NCBI GenBank assembly: GCA_000004985.1
Contig: GG738877.1
Length of the DNA: 64,000 bases
From: Naegleria gruberi
Lineage: Eukaryota
Strand: one strand, 5' to 3'
Shown here: in pieces, positions 20,529 through 31,492 of the stretch
Position numbering within the stretch: the stretch's first letter is position 1
How the letters are laid out: the number at the start of each line of letters is the position of its first letter
Notes under the pieces: model-generated
Seen by the model: the letters and a program-made list of their open reading frames with translations, nothing else
Told to the model about the DNA's origin: nothing
Databases searched by the model: none
Program-made: the position numbers and the translations under genes

Positions 20529-20622
20529 CTTTGAAAATATAATGGATGGAATTTTATATCTTTAATAAATGGTGAAATTTTAATATTTTTTATTATTTCT
20601 AATATAAATTTTAGAATAAAAA

Positions 20623-22375
20623 ATGATCAAATCACCTGCTAAACTATTCTTCACAATTGCATTGATAGTCATTGTCTATTCTTTAATTTTCTTATTATTC
20701 AAGGGAACAAGCAACCATTCACAACTATACGAAAGTGATGAGAAAGCAGCCGAAACACCTCTAACCAACAATGTTCCAACAAGAACAGATAAACAAGGAG
20801 TTTCGGAAGAAGAAAAACCCATTCAATCTTCATCAGACGAAATAGGATTTGGAGAAGCTGACGAAGAAACCACTGAAATTCCAACAGGACTTGCTCCAAT
20901 CTATCCTAAATTTGCCAAACTAATCCTTTCGTATGACTTTCGTAAAAAAGGAACCTACGGATGGTATTTACATAAATTACTAACTAAACATTCCATTGGA
21001 AATCAGCAATTCCCTTCAAAAAAGAAGAGAAAACTAATTCAATTCGGATTTGGAGAGAAATTAACAACTCATCCGAATTGGTTTGGATTTTTCAGGAAAT
21101 TTAATAATACGCATTGTAGACAATCGAATTGTGAATCATTTCCATTGGAAGATTCCAGAACTTTCTTCTCAAAGAATCAAAGTTTGGGAATTTATTTGGA
21201 TGCAAATATTGAACATTACGAATATAAAGATAGAGGATTGGGATTAGCAATGGCTAAGGGAGAGGAAAAGGTTAGAAGAAAAATGGATAAATTTATGAGT
21301 GAGAATCAATCACTACATGATGAGGAGAATCTATCTGAAAAGTTTGATGAGGAATTTGCATTGAAAATGTGGTTGGCAATGAGGCCATTGAATATTCTGT
21401 TGAATAATGAAGCAAATGCATTGAGTGAAGTGGAAAAGAGTGATAATAATGAGAAGGGACATATGGATATGTCAATGTGTTGGAGTAGAAAGTGCTCCAT
21501 TTGGACAACCTATTTCTATACCAAGATGAATTTGGAATTTCAAGAAAATGATTCAGGAAAAATACCAAAACATTGTATCTGTTCATTTATTAGTAATTGT
21601 GTTGAGGAGAGATTGAAAGTTGTGAGAGAAATTAATGCAATCACTCCTGTCACTCAATATGGCAGTAAGTATTTAAGTACTAATGAATTATAACTCATCT
21701 TTTCTCAAAAAAGCATGTGAAAGAAATGCACAAGAAGGAAAGGGAGGTAAAATCCAAGAATTAGCTGACAATTGCAAATTCTACATGGCCTTTGAGAATA
21801 CCTTGAGGGATGATTACATTACTGAGAAATTCTTTGAGGGTTTCATGCCACTTGGTTTGGGAGGAAAAACAATTTCCATCTATAGAGGAGCTTTCAATGT
21901 TGGAGATTATGGATTCAAAAAGGATAGTTTCATTAATTTCCATGATTTTCAAACCCCAACTGAATTGGCAAACTTTATCAAACCATACTGTGAGAGTGAT
22001 ATAAAGTTTGCCAAGCTTTTCCAGCAACGAATGAATGAACAGACTAAAAAATCCATTAAGGAAATGACATTGAAATTGCATTTGGCCAATGTGATCAAGT
22101 CGCCATGTAAATTGTGCACAGCCATTGGTGAAATGAAACTTTCCAGATACATCCTATTTAAATTAGGACTCAAACCAAAATATTATAGAGTGAAAAGTTC
22201 TGAATTTACTAAATTTATTGCGGAGATGGGATATGATAAATTGGAAACAGATCAATTGAGAATTTTGTGGGATATTTGGGATAGAGCTTATGGAAGATTA
22301 ATTAAACCTGATAACAATCAATCAAATTGGAATGATTATGACATTAGTTGGGTGACCTATGTCAAAGATCAATAG
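20623..22375 (+). CDS. GT10-family alpha-1,3-fucosyltransferase, type II membrane topology. Two exons: 20623..21664 and 21714..22375, intron 21665..21713.
   Basis: N-terminal signal anchor (FFTIALIVIVYSLIFLLF). The hallmark GT10 motif CKFYMAFENTLRDDYITEKFFEGF lies in the second track ORF (21683..). A GTAAGT donor at 21665 and acceptor AAAAAAG at 21713 (49 nt, branch-like GTACTAATG) join the two track ORFs in frame (...TQYG/T/CERNAQEG...). Confidence 0.65.
21665..21713 (+). other. Spliceosomal intron (49 nt) in the fucosyltransferase gene, GTAAGT...TACTAAT...AAG.
   Basis: Canonical donor, a yeast-like branch point, and frame continuity between the two track ORFs. Confidence 0.6.
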
Positions 22376-22388
22376 ACATTCTTAATAT

Positions 22389-22850
22389 TTACAATTCTAA
22401 ACGACTTTCCTTGGCCAACTTGACTGCTGCCATAATAAATAATATGAAACTCAAAATCATTTGACCACCAATCCAATTACAAAATAATGAAAGCACAGCA
22501 GTGTGCAATGGATAAATTTGTAGAGGATAATAATTATCAAAGTAAGGAATGGCAAAACAAATTTGCATCACTGAATAGGAGGTTGTAATTTCCAACAAGT
22601 AGAAACAACTCTTTGAATGAAAGCTCCACCAGAAATGCCAATCAAACCAGCTGAAATCAGCTTGTGCCAATTCCGAAACCAAAAAGAAAGCAAAAACTAA
22701 TGTCAAGACGCTTTGAATAATCTCAGCTCTCTGATAGCCACGATATTGATTAATAAATAGCACATTGAACAATATCCAATAGATGACCAGAGAACCAAAT
22801 ATTGGGAATGGCCAAACATAGAGCAGAAAGCTAATCACTTCATAAATCAT
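22389..22850 (-). CDS. Multi-pass integral membrane protein, unknown family.
   Basis: 153-aa ORF with a real ATG and 4-5 hydrophobic segments rich in W/F/Y. Confidence 0.35.
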   Translation of the reverse strand: MIYEVISFLLYVWPFPIFGSLVIYWILFNVLFINQYRGYQRAEIIQSVLTLVFAFFLVSELAQADFSWFDWHFWWSFHSKSCFYLLEITTSYSVMQICFAIPYFDNYYPLQIYPLHTAVLSLFCNWIGGQMILSFILFIMAAVKLAKESRLEL

Positions 22851-23002
22851 TTTTTTCTTCTTGTTTAAGTGAAATTAGGAGTTTGTCGAATTTTAAATAC
22901 TTTTTTATTCGTTGCTTGTGGTTGTGTGAACTCTCCAAACAGTAACACTTGTAAAAAAAACTTGCATGTGGAAGAATCGAAAATGGATACAGGTGGACTT
23001 TG

Positions 23003-24579
23003 TTATCGAACAGAAAGTTTATTTTGTTGGCAAAATCGAATAAAAGTATCTTTCAAATTCATTAAACATTCAAATCTCAAATCCTCTAAAAATTGTACAA
23101 TTTTGATTTGTGGAATTTCCTCAAAATCATGATCTTCCAATGACATGGGTGATAGAGAATTAGTTCCTTCCAAATTTGATGGATGTGAATTACTCAATTG
23201 TTGCTGCTGTCCACTCTGAGTGGATGATCCCTGATTCAAAATTGCAGAAGATGAAAAGAATTTCATGCTCATTCTCTTCGAACTTCTCTTATTGGCCAAC
23301 CACTGTTGCTGTGCTTGATTATTTTCCTTAATCTTTTCAATTTGACTTTTCAATTTCTTTCCAACGTTGATTTCTTCCAAACCACCACCACCACCACCAC
23401 CGCACTCACAGCACCAAATGAAGGAGCAGAAAATTTAGCAAATAAATCTTCATCGAATGATGAATTGGCACCTTCTGATGTTAAGTTGCCTCCTCCATTT
23501 ACTGCACTTGTCGTTCCTCTCTCACTAGTAAATGCTTGTTTAAACATATTTCTGTCAATTCCTAGAAATTCAGTGTTTTTTCTTCTGCCCTTCATGAGAG
23601 ATTTTCTCTTTTCCAAATTCATTTTCTGCATCTTTTCAATAACTTGTTCCAAAGATTTTTCCAATTTCTTGATAATTTTCTCTTCGAATGAAAATTGAGA
23701 TTGTGCAATTTTGAATAGTTTGGATTTCGTTTGCATTCTTACTGAATTTCTCTTTGAATTTTCAGAACTATTCGAATTATCTACAACATTGTCCAAATTC
23801 TTTTTACATTCTTCCAATAATTGATTACTGACAAGAAAAATATCCAAATTTTCTTCTGAATATTCCATCTTGGTATAATTTCTGAATTGTGAAAGGAGAA
23901 GTTTATCTTTTAGCACCTTGTTTATTCCATCAAATCCTAAACTATCTAAACTACTGATGGAAAATGGACGTTGCTGAAAAGTACGACTATTTCTATTATT
24001 CGAATCTGAACTATTCTTATTATTCAATAAAGCAAATAATCGTGAATCAATGGAGAGGTGTTTTTGTGAGTGTTGTGCAGAAATGGTTGGTGGAGAATTG
24101 GGAGTAGAATTTGTAGGACTTTCTTGTGAATTATTCGAAGTACTTCTGTGGTGATGATACATGGAACCATTAGACGAAACTATGGTTAATGAAGATGTTG
24201 AAGCACCAGAGGAAGGTTGTTGATTTTGTTGATGGTGGTTGTGCATCATGGAAATGGCTTCTGTAAAATTAGCTGACTTTCGTTTAAGTGCTTTTTCATT
24301 ATTCGAAAGTTTATGATGTTCAGTTTGTTCATTTCCAATAGTTATTGTAGAAGTGGTAGTTAATGATGTTGTTGCTGTAGTGGATGATGATGAGGAAGAA
24401 GGAGGAGGTTGAGAAGTATCTGTTGTCATCATTGGATTATTCGAAACTTCGGATAGTGGCAGCGAATAAATCATATCATCGTATGGTCCTGGATGACTCG
24501 TCGTGCTCGTAGTTAAACCATGTAACGTAGTGGACGAATCTCCATTCGCTGGAAATTCATTCGATATTGGTTGTCCCAT
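23003..24579 (-). CDS. S/T/N/Q-rich hypothetical protein. The reading frame breaks inside a (GGT)7/(ACC)7 microsatellite at about 23385-23405 (track ORFs 23350..24579 and 23003..23380 differ by 1 nt in frame).
   Basis: The upstream ORF ends with an implausible VVVVVVVW tail read from the GGT repeat. The downstream ORF starts on TTG and, in its own frame, reads GGGGGGG from the same repeat before continuing LEEINVGKK.... This points to a single gene with a 1-nt indel in the repeat. Confidence 0.4.
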
Positions 24580-24901
24580 TGCTTTGCAAAAAACAACAAA
24601 AAATTAATATTAGAAACTGGACGAAATAGTTTCAGATGATGAATAGCAAGGAAGATGTTTTGTGCTTTTTTTAAGTATGCTAGTCATGTCACCCTCATGT
24701 TAATTTTAAAACCGTTATTCGATACCAAAAGATATATTTCGCCTTGCTTCGAATGAGGATTCTTCTTACTAAAAGTGGAAGCTAGAGTCCTTTGTTTCTG
24801 TAATCACAAAACCTTTGTTTCGTTTAAAATTAAAGTAAGGTAATCTACTTGTCAAAATTATTCTTTATTGGAAAGTGAATTGTTTAAAGTTTCTAATAAT
24901 T

Positions 24902-26533
24902 CTAAAATTGTGAAGATTTAGTGGTCATATAACACCATCTACTAGCTTTCAGATATTCCAAAACTATTCTCATTGAATCTCTTGTTCCAATTCTTTCCAA
25001 TGCATCCAATGCAAATCCAACAACATATCTACATTGATCTGTTTTCAAAACTCTGTTCAATGCTCGAGTGGATCTTTCGGCTTGGTTTCCAATTCTCAAT
25101 GTAGAGAAAACACTGACATATCTGGTTTGTTCATCAAAGTTTGCACTTGTCATGAAATCCATTAACTTATCGAGTGCTGTGTTGAAAGTTTCGTTTTGAG
25201 TTTGTAATTGATAATTGCAGAAAATGGTTCCCAAAGTTTCGGCAACATAGATTTTCACAACTGTTGGATATTTGGATTTAGAACTGCAAATGTGATTAAT
25301 TAAATCAGAAAGTGATTTGTCATCCAATGAAGATTTGACAAAAGGTCCCCATTCACTTAAAACATACATGCATCCAATCAATCCATTCAAATGTGCAAAT
25401 TTTCCATTCATGATTTTGGAGGCAACTGCTTGAACGGCACTTGGCATTCTACAGGCAACCATGGCTTGAGCTGAATTGAGACTGAATTGTTCATCTTCAG
25501 AGTCCATTCTCTTCAGAAGTGTGTTATATTGCCCAGAGAGAGCAAAACGGTAATGATTTCCCATTCTCAATTGTTCTCCCTTTTCATTGAGGGATTCTTC
25601 GGTAAGTGTTTTCGAATCTATTGGCTCTTGCTTGAATGGAATTTGATGCATCCAGTTCCAAATGTGTTTAGCAATTGGATATTGAGTATTCTTTTCGAAT
25701 TCTTCCAATTTTTCAGAATCTACTTGATCAAATTCAGTAAATCCATTAATATTTCCTACAATATCTGGATCTACTTGTGGTTCAACAACTCTACTGAATT
25801 GGAATTTGAACATGGCTCTATCTCTCAAATCATTCTTAGATCCCTTATGGATAAGATCATAGTGAATCAGCAAGATACTACCAGCTTCACATTCCATATA
25901 CAAATCACAATCTTCTCTCCATCCCTTTTCGAATTCATTTGGCAAATCTCCCTTATATCTCTTTGGATCCATACAAGTATATTGGGTTCCCTTTCTCAAT
26001 GCAGTTGGACCCATTTCAAGAACAGTCTTTTGAGGATAGTACATTAACATGACATTTCTCAATTGATTAGATCTCAAAGGTCTACCATGTCCAAAATACG
26101 AATCCTTATGCCACTGTTGAGTCAAAGTACCAGGTTCTGTAAAATGCATAAATCTATGAGCTTGCATCACATATTCTCTTCCCAAAACTCTTGTCAAAAC
26201 TCCTCTCACTTTCTTATCTTGGAAAATTTCATTCAACTGTGGAAATCTTGCCAAGACGTTATTTCCCAAATTTCCTTCCTCCTTATAAATTTCAGAAACG
26301 TATTGAAATAGATTTGAATGCCATTGTGGATTCACTGATAATTCACTTGGTTTAATAATCAAATAACCATCCAATAGAAACCTCTTCAAATCACTATCGG
26401 ATAAATATTCATTCATTGGCAAGGTCAAATCTCCTGATAAATCATAATCATCCTCCAGATAATCATAATTTATAGGTGCTTCTTTTTGAGATTCCTTTCT
26501 AACTTCACTGTGTCTTTTCTTATTACCTGCCAT
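24902..26533 (-). CDS. Protein with an N-terminal PhyH-like Fe(II)/2-oxoglutarate dioxygenase domain and a C-terminal helical-repeat (ARM/HEAT-like) region.
   Basis: WHKDSYFG (HxD) ... ILLIHYDLIHKGS (distal His) fits the phytanoyl-CoA dioxygenase-type facial triad spacing. Assignment is tentative. Confidence 0.4.
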   Translation of the reverse strand: MAGNKKRHSEVRKESQKEAPINYDYLEDDYDLSGDLTLPMNEYLSDSDLKRFLLDGYLIIKPSELSVNPQWHSNLFQYVSEIYKEEGNLGNNVLARFPQLNEIFQDKKVRGVLTRVLGREYVMQAHRFMHFTEPGTLTQQWHKDSYFGHGRPLRSNQLRNVMLMYYPQKTVLEMGPTALRKGTQYTCMDPKRYKGDLPNEFEKGWREDCDLYMECEAGSILLIHYDLIHKGSKNDLRDRAMFKFQFSRVVEPQVDPDIVGNINGFTEFDQVDSEKLEEFEKNTQYPIAKHIWNWMHQIPFKQEPIDSKTLTEESLNEKGEQLRMGNHYRFALSGQYNTLLKRMDSEDEQFSLNSAQAMVACRMPSAVQAVASKIMNGKFAHLNGLIGCMYVLSEWGPFVKSSLDDKSLSDLINHICSSKSKYPTVVKIYVAETLGTIFCNYQLQTQNETFNTALDKLMDFMTSANFDEQTRYVSVFSTLRIGNQAERSTRALNRVLKTDQCRYVVGFALDALERIGTRDSMRIVLEYLKASRWCYMTTKSSQF

Positions 26534-26947
26534 TTTTCCTAGTTGTGTGTTGAATATTTTTTTTGTTTTTGAAATTGAATTAAAAGTTGAACAAGTTCAT
26601 CTTGTTTCTCAGAGTTGATAAAAATAGTTTTCAAGATGGAGGATGAAGTTTATTCACAGGTGTATTGTTCAATTCTTGTAATAAGGGCTTCTTTCACACT
26701 CAATAATATAGGACTATTCAATTGTTTACCGTAAACAATCCATTACAATAAATACATAAACATGCAATCTTCCAACACAACAGCAGCACAAACCAACATG
26801 CAACCAACAGCTTGCGTGTTGAGCACAAGTATCAATCCACAATTGGTCTCAACAACAATATCGCACGCAGCAATCAGAAAAAAAAAAGCGCCACCATAAG
26901 TAAGGTTATTTTTCTCTCTGACTTCGGAAGATATTAAGGTTGTTGAG

Positions 26948-28435
26948 ATGAGAAGGACAGACGTAGTACTCTTGTTGGAGGTTTGGATGGTTTTGATGAT
27001 GGGAGTTGTGGTGGTTTTGGCAGCAAATCCACCAAGTCCTAAAATTGAATTGAATGGACAAATTTCCAAGATGGAATCTAAATGTTTGATTGGCTTGAAG
27101 GGATTGAAATGTGGAGGAGGCATACCAATGTCTGTTCAAAATGCACAACTTAGAGGTGCAAATGCAATTGTTGATGAATCTGTTATTATTGCTGGTGTTG
27201 GTTATAGTAGAGTGGATCATACCATCAAGCCACAAATATTGAAATCTCCAACAGCTAAGAAGGTGCCTGTAACAAGCACTAAATTGTTGAATGTTATGAG
27301 AAATGCAAATGAATTCTTTGAGCTTGTCTATCCTGCTGATGGAAAGCCAATTTATAATGGATTGTATTCACACAACTCAGGAGCTGAAAATATTTATCAA
27401 AACTATTTCAAAGGAGATATGGTTGTCATGGATGCCCAACAACAATACATTACTCACCAAGTAGAAACAAATACCATTCAAGTTACTGAGGATTTCCAAA
27501 GAATTATTGATATTTTACCAAATGCTATGGATAGAGATTTGTACAATTTGGTCATTACATCTTTTGGTGATTCCATTCTCACTAGTGTTAATTATGGTGG
27601 AGTTGTCGATATGGTTGTCTCTGTTAGATCCTGTTTCAGTGATGCAAATATGAAGAGTTATTTGGATATTCAATTACAACTGTCTGTTGATAATAATACT
27701 GATACATCCTCTCTTCCAACAGGATATATTAGATACAATAAGGTAGCTCAATTGGATATCGTTGGAGGTAATCCTCAAATTTTCAACGTAAAGGAAAGAG
27801 TTAAAACTTTTGAACAAAATCCTGTTCCAGTTAAATTCTTGTCCATTCCAATTTGGAGAGCATTCCCAGCTGGACCAAAACAAGAAAATATGAAAACTGT
27901 CTACAATGAATATGTAAATCAAAAGGGAAAGGAAATTTCAGGCTTATTCACTCAATTGGAAGACAAGAGACTTCAAGAAGCTCAAACAGTTTACCTCTTC
28001 AGAGACAATCCATACGGTCTCATTGTTGATCACGGCCAAAGAATGGAATTGGCTCCTGGAGCAAGTGGATTGAGTAATGAATCAATCAAACTTGTTTTCC
28101 AACCTAATTTCCCATATGATGAGCCAACAATTATTTTCGGATTGAGACCTTACGTACACAGAAACAACGACGGATCTTTCTTTTTCGATTTCTTGAAAGG
28201 AATTTGTGATAATTATGAAATTGAAAAGTGCAAATACCCAGAGTTGGCCAATAGACCTCAAACTCCAGCCCAACACATTTCTCCAACTGGAAAAGGTGAA
28301 TGTGTCAAGTTGAAATTCCCATACACTGCACAAACTCGTTATTCTTCATTTTATCTGTGGGCCTGTTCTGGATGTATGCCATTTATTTCAAATACTGGAA
28401 AAGAACTTACTTGCAATTGCCCATTTGTCAAATAA
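26948..28435 (+). CDS. Secreted protein with a MACPF-like signature (putative pore-forming / membrane-attack type).
   Basis: Real ATG. Hydrophobic signal VVLLLEVWMVLMMGVVVVLAA. LVITSFGDSILTSVNYGGVVDMVVSV resembles the MACPF motif (Y/F)G(T/S)H(F/Y)x6GG. Cys-rich C-terminus. Confidence 0.35.
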   Translation: MRRTDVVLLLEVWMVLMMGVVVVLAANPPSPKIELNGQISKMESKCLIGLKGLKCGGGIPMSVQNAQLRGANAIVDESVIIAGVGYSRVDHTIKPQILKSPTAKKVPVTSTKLLNVMRNANEFFELVYPADGKPIYNGLYSHNSGAENIYQNYFKGDMVVMDAQQQYITHQVETNTIQVTEDFQRIIDILPNAMDRDLYNLVITSFGDSILTSVNYGGVVDMVVSVRSCFSDANMKSYLDIQLQLSVDNNTDTSSLPTGYIRYNKVAQLDIVGGNPQIFNVKERVKTFEQNPVPVKFLSIPIWRAFPAGPKQENMKTVYNEYVNQKGKEISGLFTQLEDKRLQEAQTVYLFRDNPYGLIVDHGQRMELAPGASGLSNESIKLVFQPNFPYDEPTIIFGLRPYVHRNNDGSFFFDFLKGICDNYEIEKCKYPELANRPQTPAQHISPTGKGECVKLKFPYTAQTRYSSFYLWACSGCMPFISNTGKELTCNCPFVK

Positions 28436-28442
28436 ATTAATC

Positions 28443-30623
28443 TTAATTTGCAGTTTTGAATTGCTCTGTGAGATACTTGAAATCCTTCTTGAACTTAGAT
28501 GGAATCTCTCTGCCAAAGTTACCAAAGTAAGATGGTTGCAGTGTTCGAATATTTGGCATGTTTTCCACATTCTTCCAAACAGTTTGATTTCCATCCTGTA
28601 CTATTAAGCCGAAACCATAGAGTCCATTCTTAGAAGGGAATTGATAAAGTGGGCTTATTATTGATCCCACCTCTACATAACTATCCATATCAATGAATCT
28701 ATCCTCATCCTCATCTGCCGCTCTGTACCATTGGGCCTCACTAAAGCATGAATAAGCTCCAAATAATCTAGCACCTTCATTAGAGAATTTTGGATGAATT
28801 AATTGTGAAAATACTTCATCCAAACGCAAGGTTTCATATTCGAAACCTTCACAACTAGGCAATAGTAAGTGGCGTAACAAAAACGGATCAGAAAATAATA
28901 TTTCAGACAGTTTAGGAATAAAAAGTGCCTCATAGAATTGAACTTTTGCACACACCGTCTTTTTTGGATTATTAACTCTTGTCAATTCACTCAAACTTCC
29001 ATCATAATGCAAAATTATTCCATTATCGAAGAAATAGAGAATACCTGATTCAGGTAAAAGATGCTTCACAGGAGAATTTTCAATAGATAATATACCAACT
29101 CCCTTCTCTTTCAAATCATTAATATTCAATTGTAAAATCAGAGATCGTTGACAAATGGGATGTTGATGTAAACTTGAAGGGAAATCAAAATTACCAAAAA
29201 GCTTAGTACTACCAATTGCAACAGTATCATCTTGGCATGTAGTTTGTTCGAAAAATAACGCTGTTGTAAGGACACTATTAAACTTGATCAAGTCAAAGCT
29301 TGCCTTACTTTCACCTTCTTTGGTTTTGGAATAAATATGTTCTAGAACCACCTTGTAATCAATAATAATTGGATTAATGATATTCCTAAAAATAATATAG
29401 TGAGGCATGTTTGTTTTGGCCAATACTTGTTCATTTCTGAATGGAGAAAGAAATTCATAATTTGATGCGTATGCAATACAAATATCCTTCCACAAGTGAT
29501 CTTGGAAGCACATATTTCTAGCCAACTTGTTCACAAGTGAAAAATTATTCAAAATATCTTGAACTGGCAAAAATTTGAGAGCATTAAAGAAAACCTCATT
29601 TGGAAACATATTACTCAATTGTTGCTCAGAATTGATGCTCATATTGAGAAGAGTGTTTTCATAATCCATATTCAACATATGCCTGCTCTTCGTTCTTGCC
29701 TCTATTAATAATTCAGAGGAGATGCAGTGATGTTTGAGACGATTTATATCTAATGGTTTCAAATGTTTAAATTCATTAACCGATGCAACCAATTCTGAGT
29801 ACAGGTAAAATTCAGTTTTTCCAACAAGTTTCATTTCAAAATAAATTTTTCCTTGTTCTGCAGATAGTATTGAATCACTCACTACAACTGCACACTGTCC
29901 AAAGTCTTCGATAACCTCATGAGGATTCATTAAATTTTGGATCACTTTAGAGGCACCATTCTCTAACAAGTAACGAGTCATTTCTTCCTTTTCCTGCTGA
30001 TTATCAGAGAGTAAAATGTAATCTCTAAAGTTCATAACAGGATTGATCAATTGCTTATTCAAATTGTATAATAGCTCTTCAGAATTCTCAAAATATGAAT
30101 CTAAATCTGAAGGTCTAATAACAATTCCATTCATACTACCCTCACTCAATTTGAGAATTATTCTAAATAGTGGAATGCCAATCCTTGCCTCCGCCTCTGT
30201 ACATACAAGAATAACAGTCGGATTCAACATTTCAAACAAGGGAGGCTTTGGAGAATGAGATTTTAAGAGTTTCAATTCGTGAGGAGTGAGAATTTCTTTC
30301 CATTCCTCTTCACTCTTAACTTCACCAAGCTTTAATAATGAATTCAAAGTCTTTTCTGTATTGGATGAAATACTTCTCACTAATTTTGTATGAATTAAGA
30401 CTTTTAAAAAGGCTTCGGGATGTTCCATAATTGTAGCACCAGTTTTGAGAATTTTACTCTTCAATTCTTCAAAGGTTTGATTGTTTTCTTGTTTAAAGCC
30501 TTCGGAAAATAGAAGGAAATCATTATTAATTCGTGATTTGCCATTGTTGGTCATCATATTGATCATTTCAAAGAGAGAATTTTCATAGTCATCATCTCCT
30601 GACTGTTGTCTGTTTCGTTTCAT
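28443..30623 (-). CDS. Large hypothetical protein with a central F-box.
   Basis: FPNEVFFNALKFLPVQDILNNFSLVNKLARNMCFQDHLWKDI is F-box-like. Confidence 0.45.
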   Translation of the reverse strand: MKRNRQQSGDDDYENSLFEMINMMTNNGKSRINNDFLLFSEGFKQENNQTFEELKSKILKTGATIMEHPEAFLKVLIHTKLVRSISSNTEKTLNSLLKLGEVKSEEEWKEILTPHELKLLKSHSPKPPLFEMLNPTVILVCTEAEARIGIPLFRIILKLSEGSMNGIVIRPSDLDSYFENSEELLYNLNKQLINPVMNFRDYILLSDNQQEKEEMTRYLLENGASKVIQNLMNPHEVIEDFGQCAVVVSDSILSAEQGKIYFEMKLVGKTEFYLYSELVASVNEFKHLKPLDINRLKHHCISSELLIEARTKSRHMLNMDYENTLLNMSINSEQQLSNMFPNEVFFNALKFLPVQDILNNFSLVNKLARNMCFQDHLWKDICIAYASNYEFLSPFRNEQVLAKTNMPHYIIFRNIINPIIIDYKVVLEHIYSKTKEGESKASFDLIKFNSVLTTALFFEQTTCQDDTVAIGSTKLFGNFDFPSSLHQHPICQRSLILQLNINDLKEKGVGILSIENSPVKHLLPESGILYFFDNGIILHYDGSLSELTRVNNPKKTVCAKVQFYEALFIPKLSEILFSDPFLLRHLLLPSCEGFEYETLRLDEVFSQLIHPKFSNEGARLFGAYSCFSEAQWYRAADEDEDRFIDMDSYVEVGSIISPLYQFPSKNGLYGFGLIVQDGNQTVWKNVENMPNIRTLQPSYFGNFGREIPSKFKKDFKYLTEQFKTAN

Positions 30624-30694
30624 TTTTTTTAAATCAAATTTTAAATTAATATTTAATACTATTTGGTATTTTAATAGTAATAACGGAAAGAAAA

Positions 30695-31492
30695 ATGCTT
30701 CGCCAACTGCCGAATGAAATTCATCACCTCATTGTTGATTTCATCGGTACTAGAAAGGATTCCTCCAACTATGCCATGATCAATAAAAGTGTTCGGGATT
30801 ATCTGATGGAAAATCACTCAACACTTTTACTTGTAAAGATTGAACAGGAAATTGGCAGATTATCCAATAGTATTGCTCGATCTGTACAGAAAGCACATTC
30901 AGAGGTTGGATTTGCTACTTGTTTTGATAAGAAACAAATCGATTCAAAGAAATTGAAAAGACTCAGAGGTGAAATTAGCAATGCTGAGGATGTGATTAGC
31001 ACATTGGAGAGTTCTTGTAAGAAGTTGAAGGAAACTTTGGGGTGCACTGTTGAAACTGTTTCAGTGCAAGAGAATTGGCCACAGTTTTTGAGTGAAATCA
31101 AGGAGGAATATGGAAATGGAGTGGCATCTTCTATTTCAGAACTGGTATTCGATAAGGTTAGATATGAAAAGGTGTCGATTCAGTACGAAACCAAGTATAT
31201 TTGTAATGTGAGCTGTTTGATACATGTTGGATTGTGTACCTTTGATTTTAGTGGCTCAGAATATTTCATGAAAGGAGAAGAAACTTGTTATGGCCTTAGT
31301 ATGAATAACAAGTCAGTTCTAAAATTCGAAATGAAATATTTGGAAGCGAATCAATCATTATTGCACACCTTTAGAGATCAAGTTGGATTGCAGAAGGATA
31401 TTTCAGATGATTTATTAGTGGATTTACTATTGGCTATTATTCCTTTCAAAGATGAAGATTCCCAATATTACGAAGAGATTGAATTTATTTAA
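30695..31492 (+). CDS. Small F-box-like protein.
   Basis: N-terminal LRQLPNEIHHLIVDFIGTRKDSSNYAMINKSVRDYL. Confidence 0.4.
   Translation: MLRQLPNEIHHLIVDFIGTRKDSSNYAMINKSVRDYLMENHSTLLLVKIEQEIGRLSNSIARSVQKAHSEVGFATCFDKKQIDSKKLKRLRGEISNAEDVISTLESSCKKLKETLGCTVETVSVQENWPQFLSEIKEEYGNGVASSISELVFDKVRYEKVSIQYETKYICNVSCLIHVGLCTFDFSGSEYFMKGEETCYGLSMNNKSVLKFEMKYLEANQSLLHTFRDQVGLQKDISDDLLVDLLLAIIPFKDEDSQYYEEIEFI

Noticed and set aside
21683-21713. ATG at 21683 as an independent start for a second fucosyltransferase-like gene.
   Set aside because: That ATG lies inside the 49-nt intron. The catalytic motif only makes sense when fused to the upstream signal-anchor exon.
23385-23420. GTGAGT...AG as a 36-nt intron to explain the 23003/23350 ORF split.
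   Set aside because: It is too short compared with the 46-150-nt introns seen here, and the resulting phase still hits a stop. An indel in the (GGT)7 repeat fits better.
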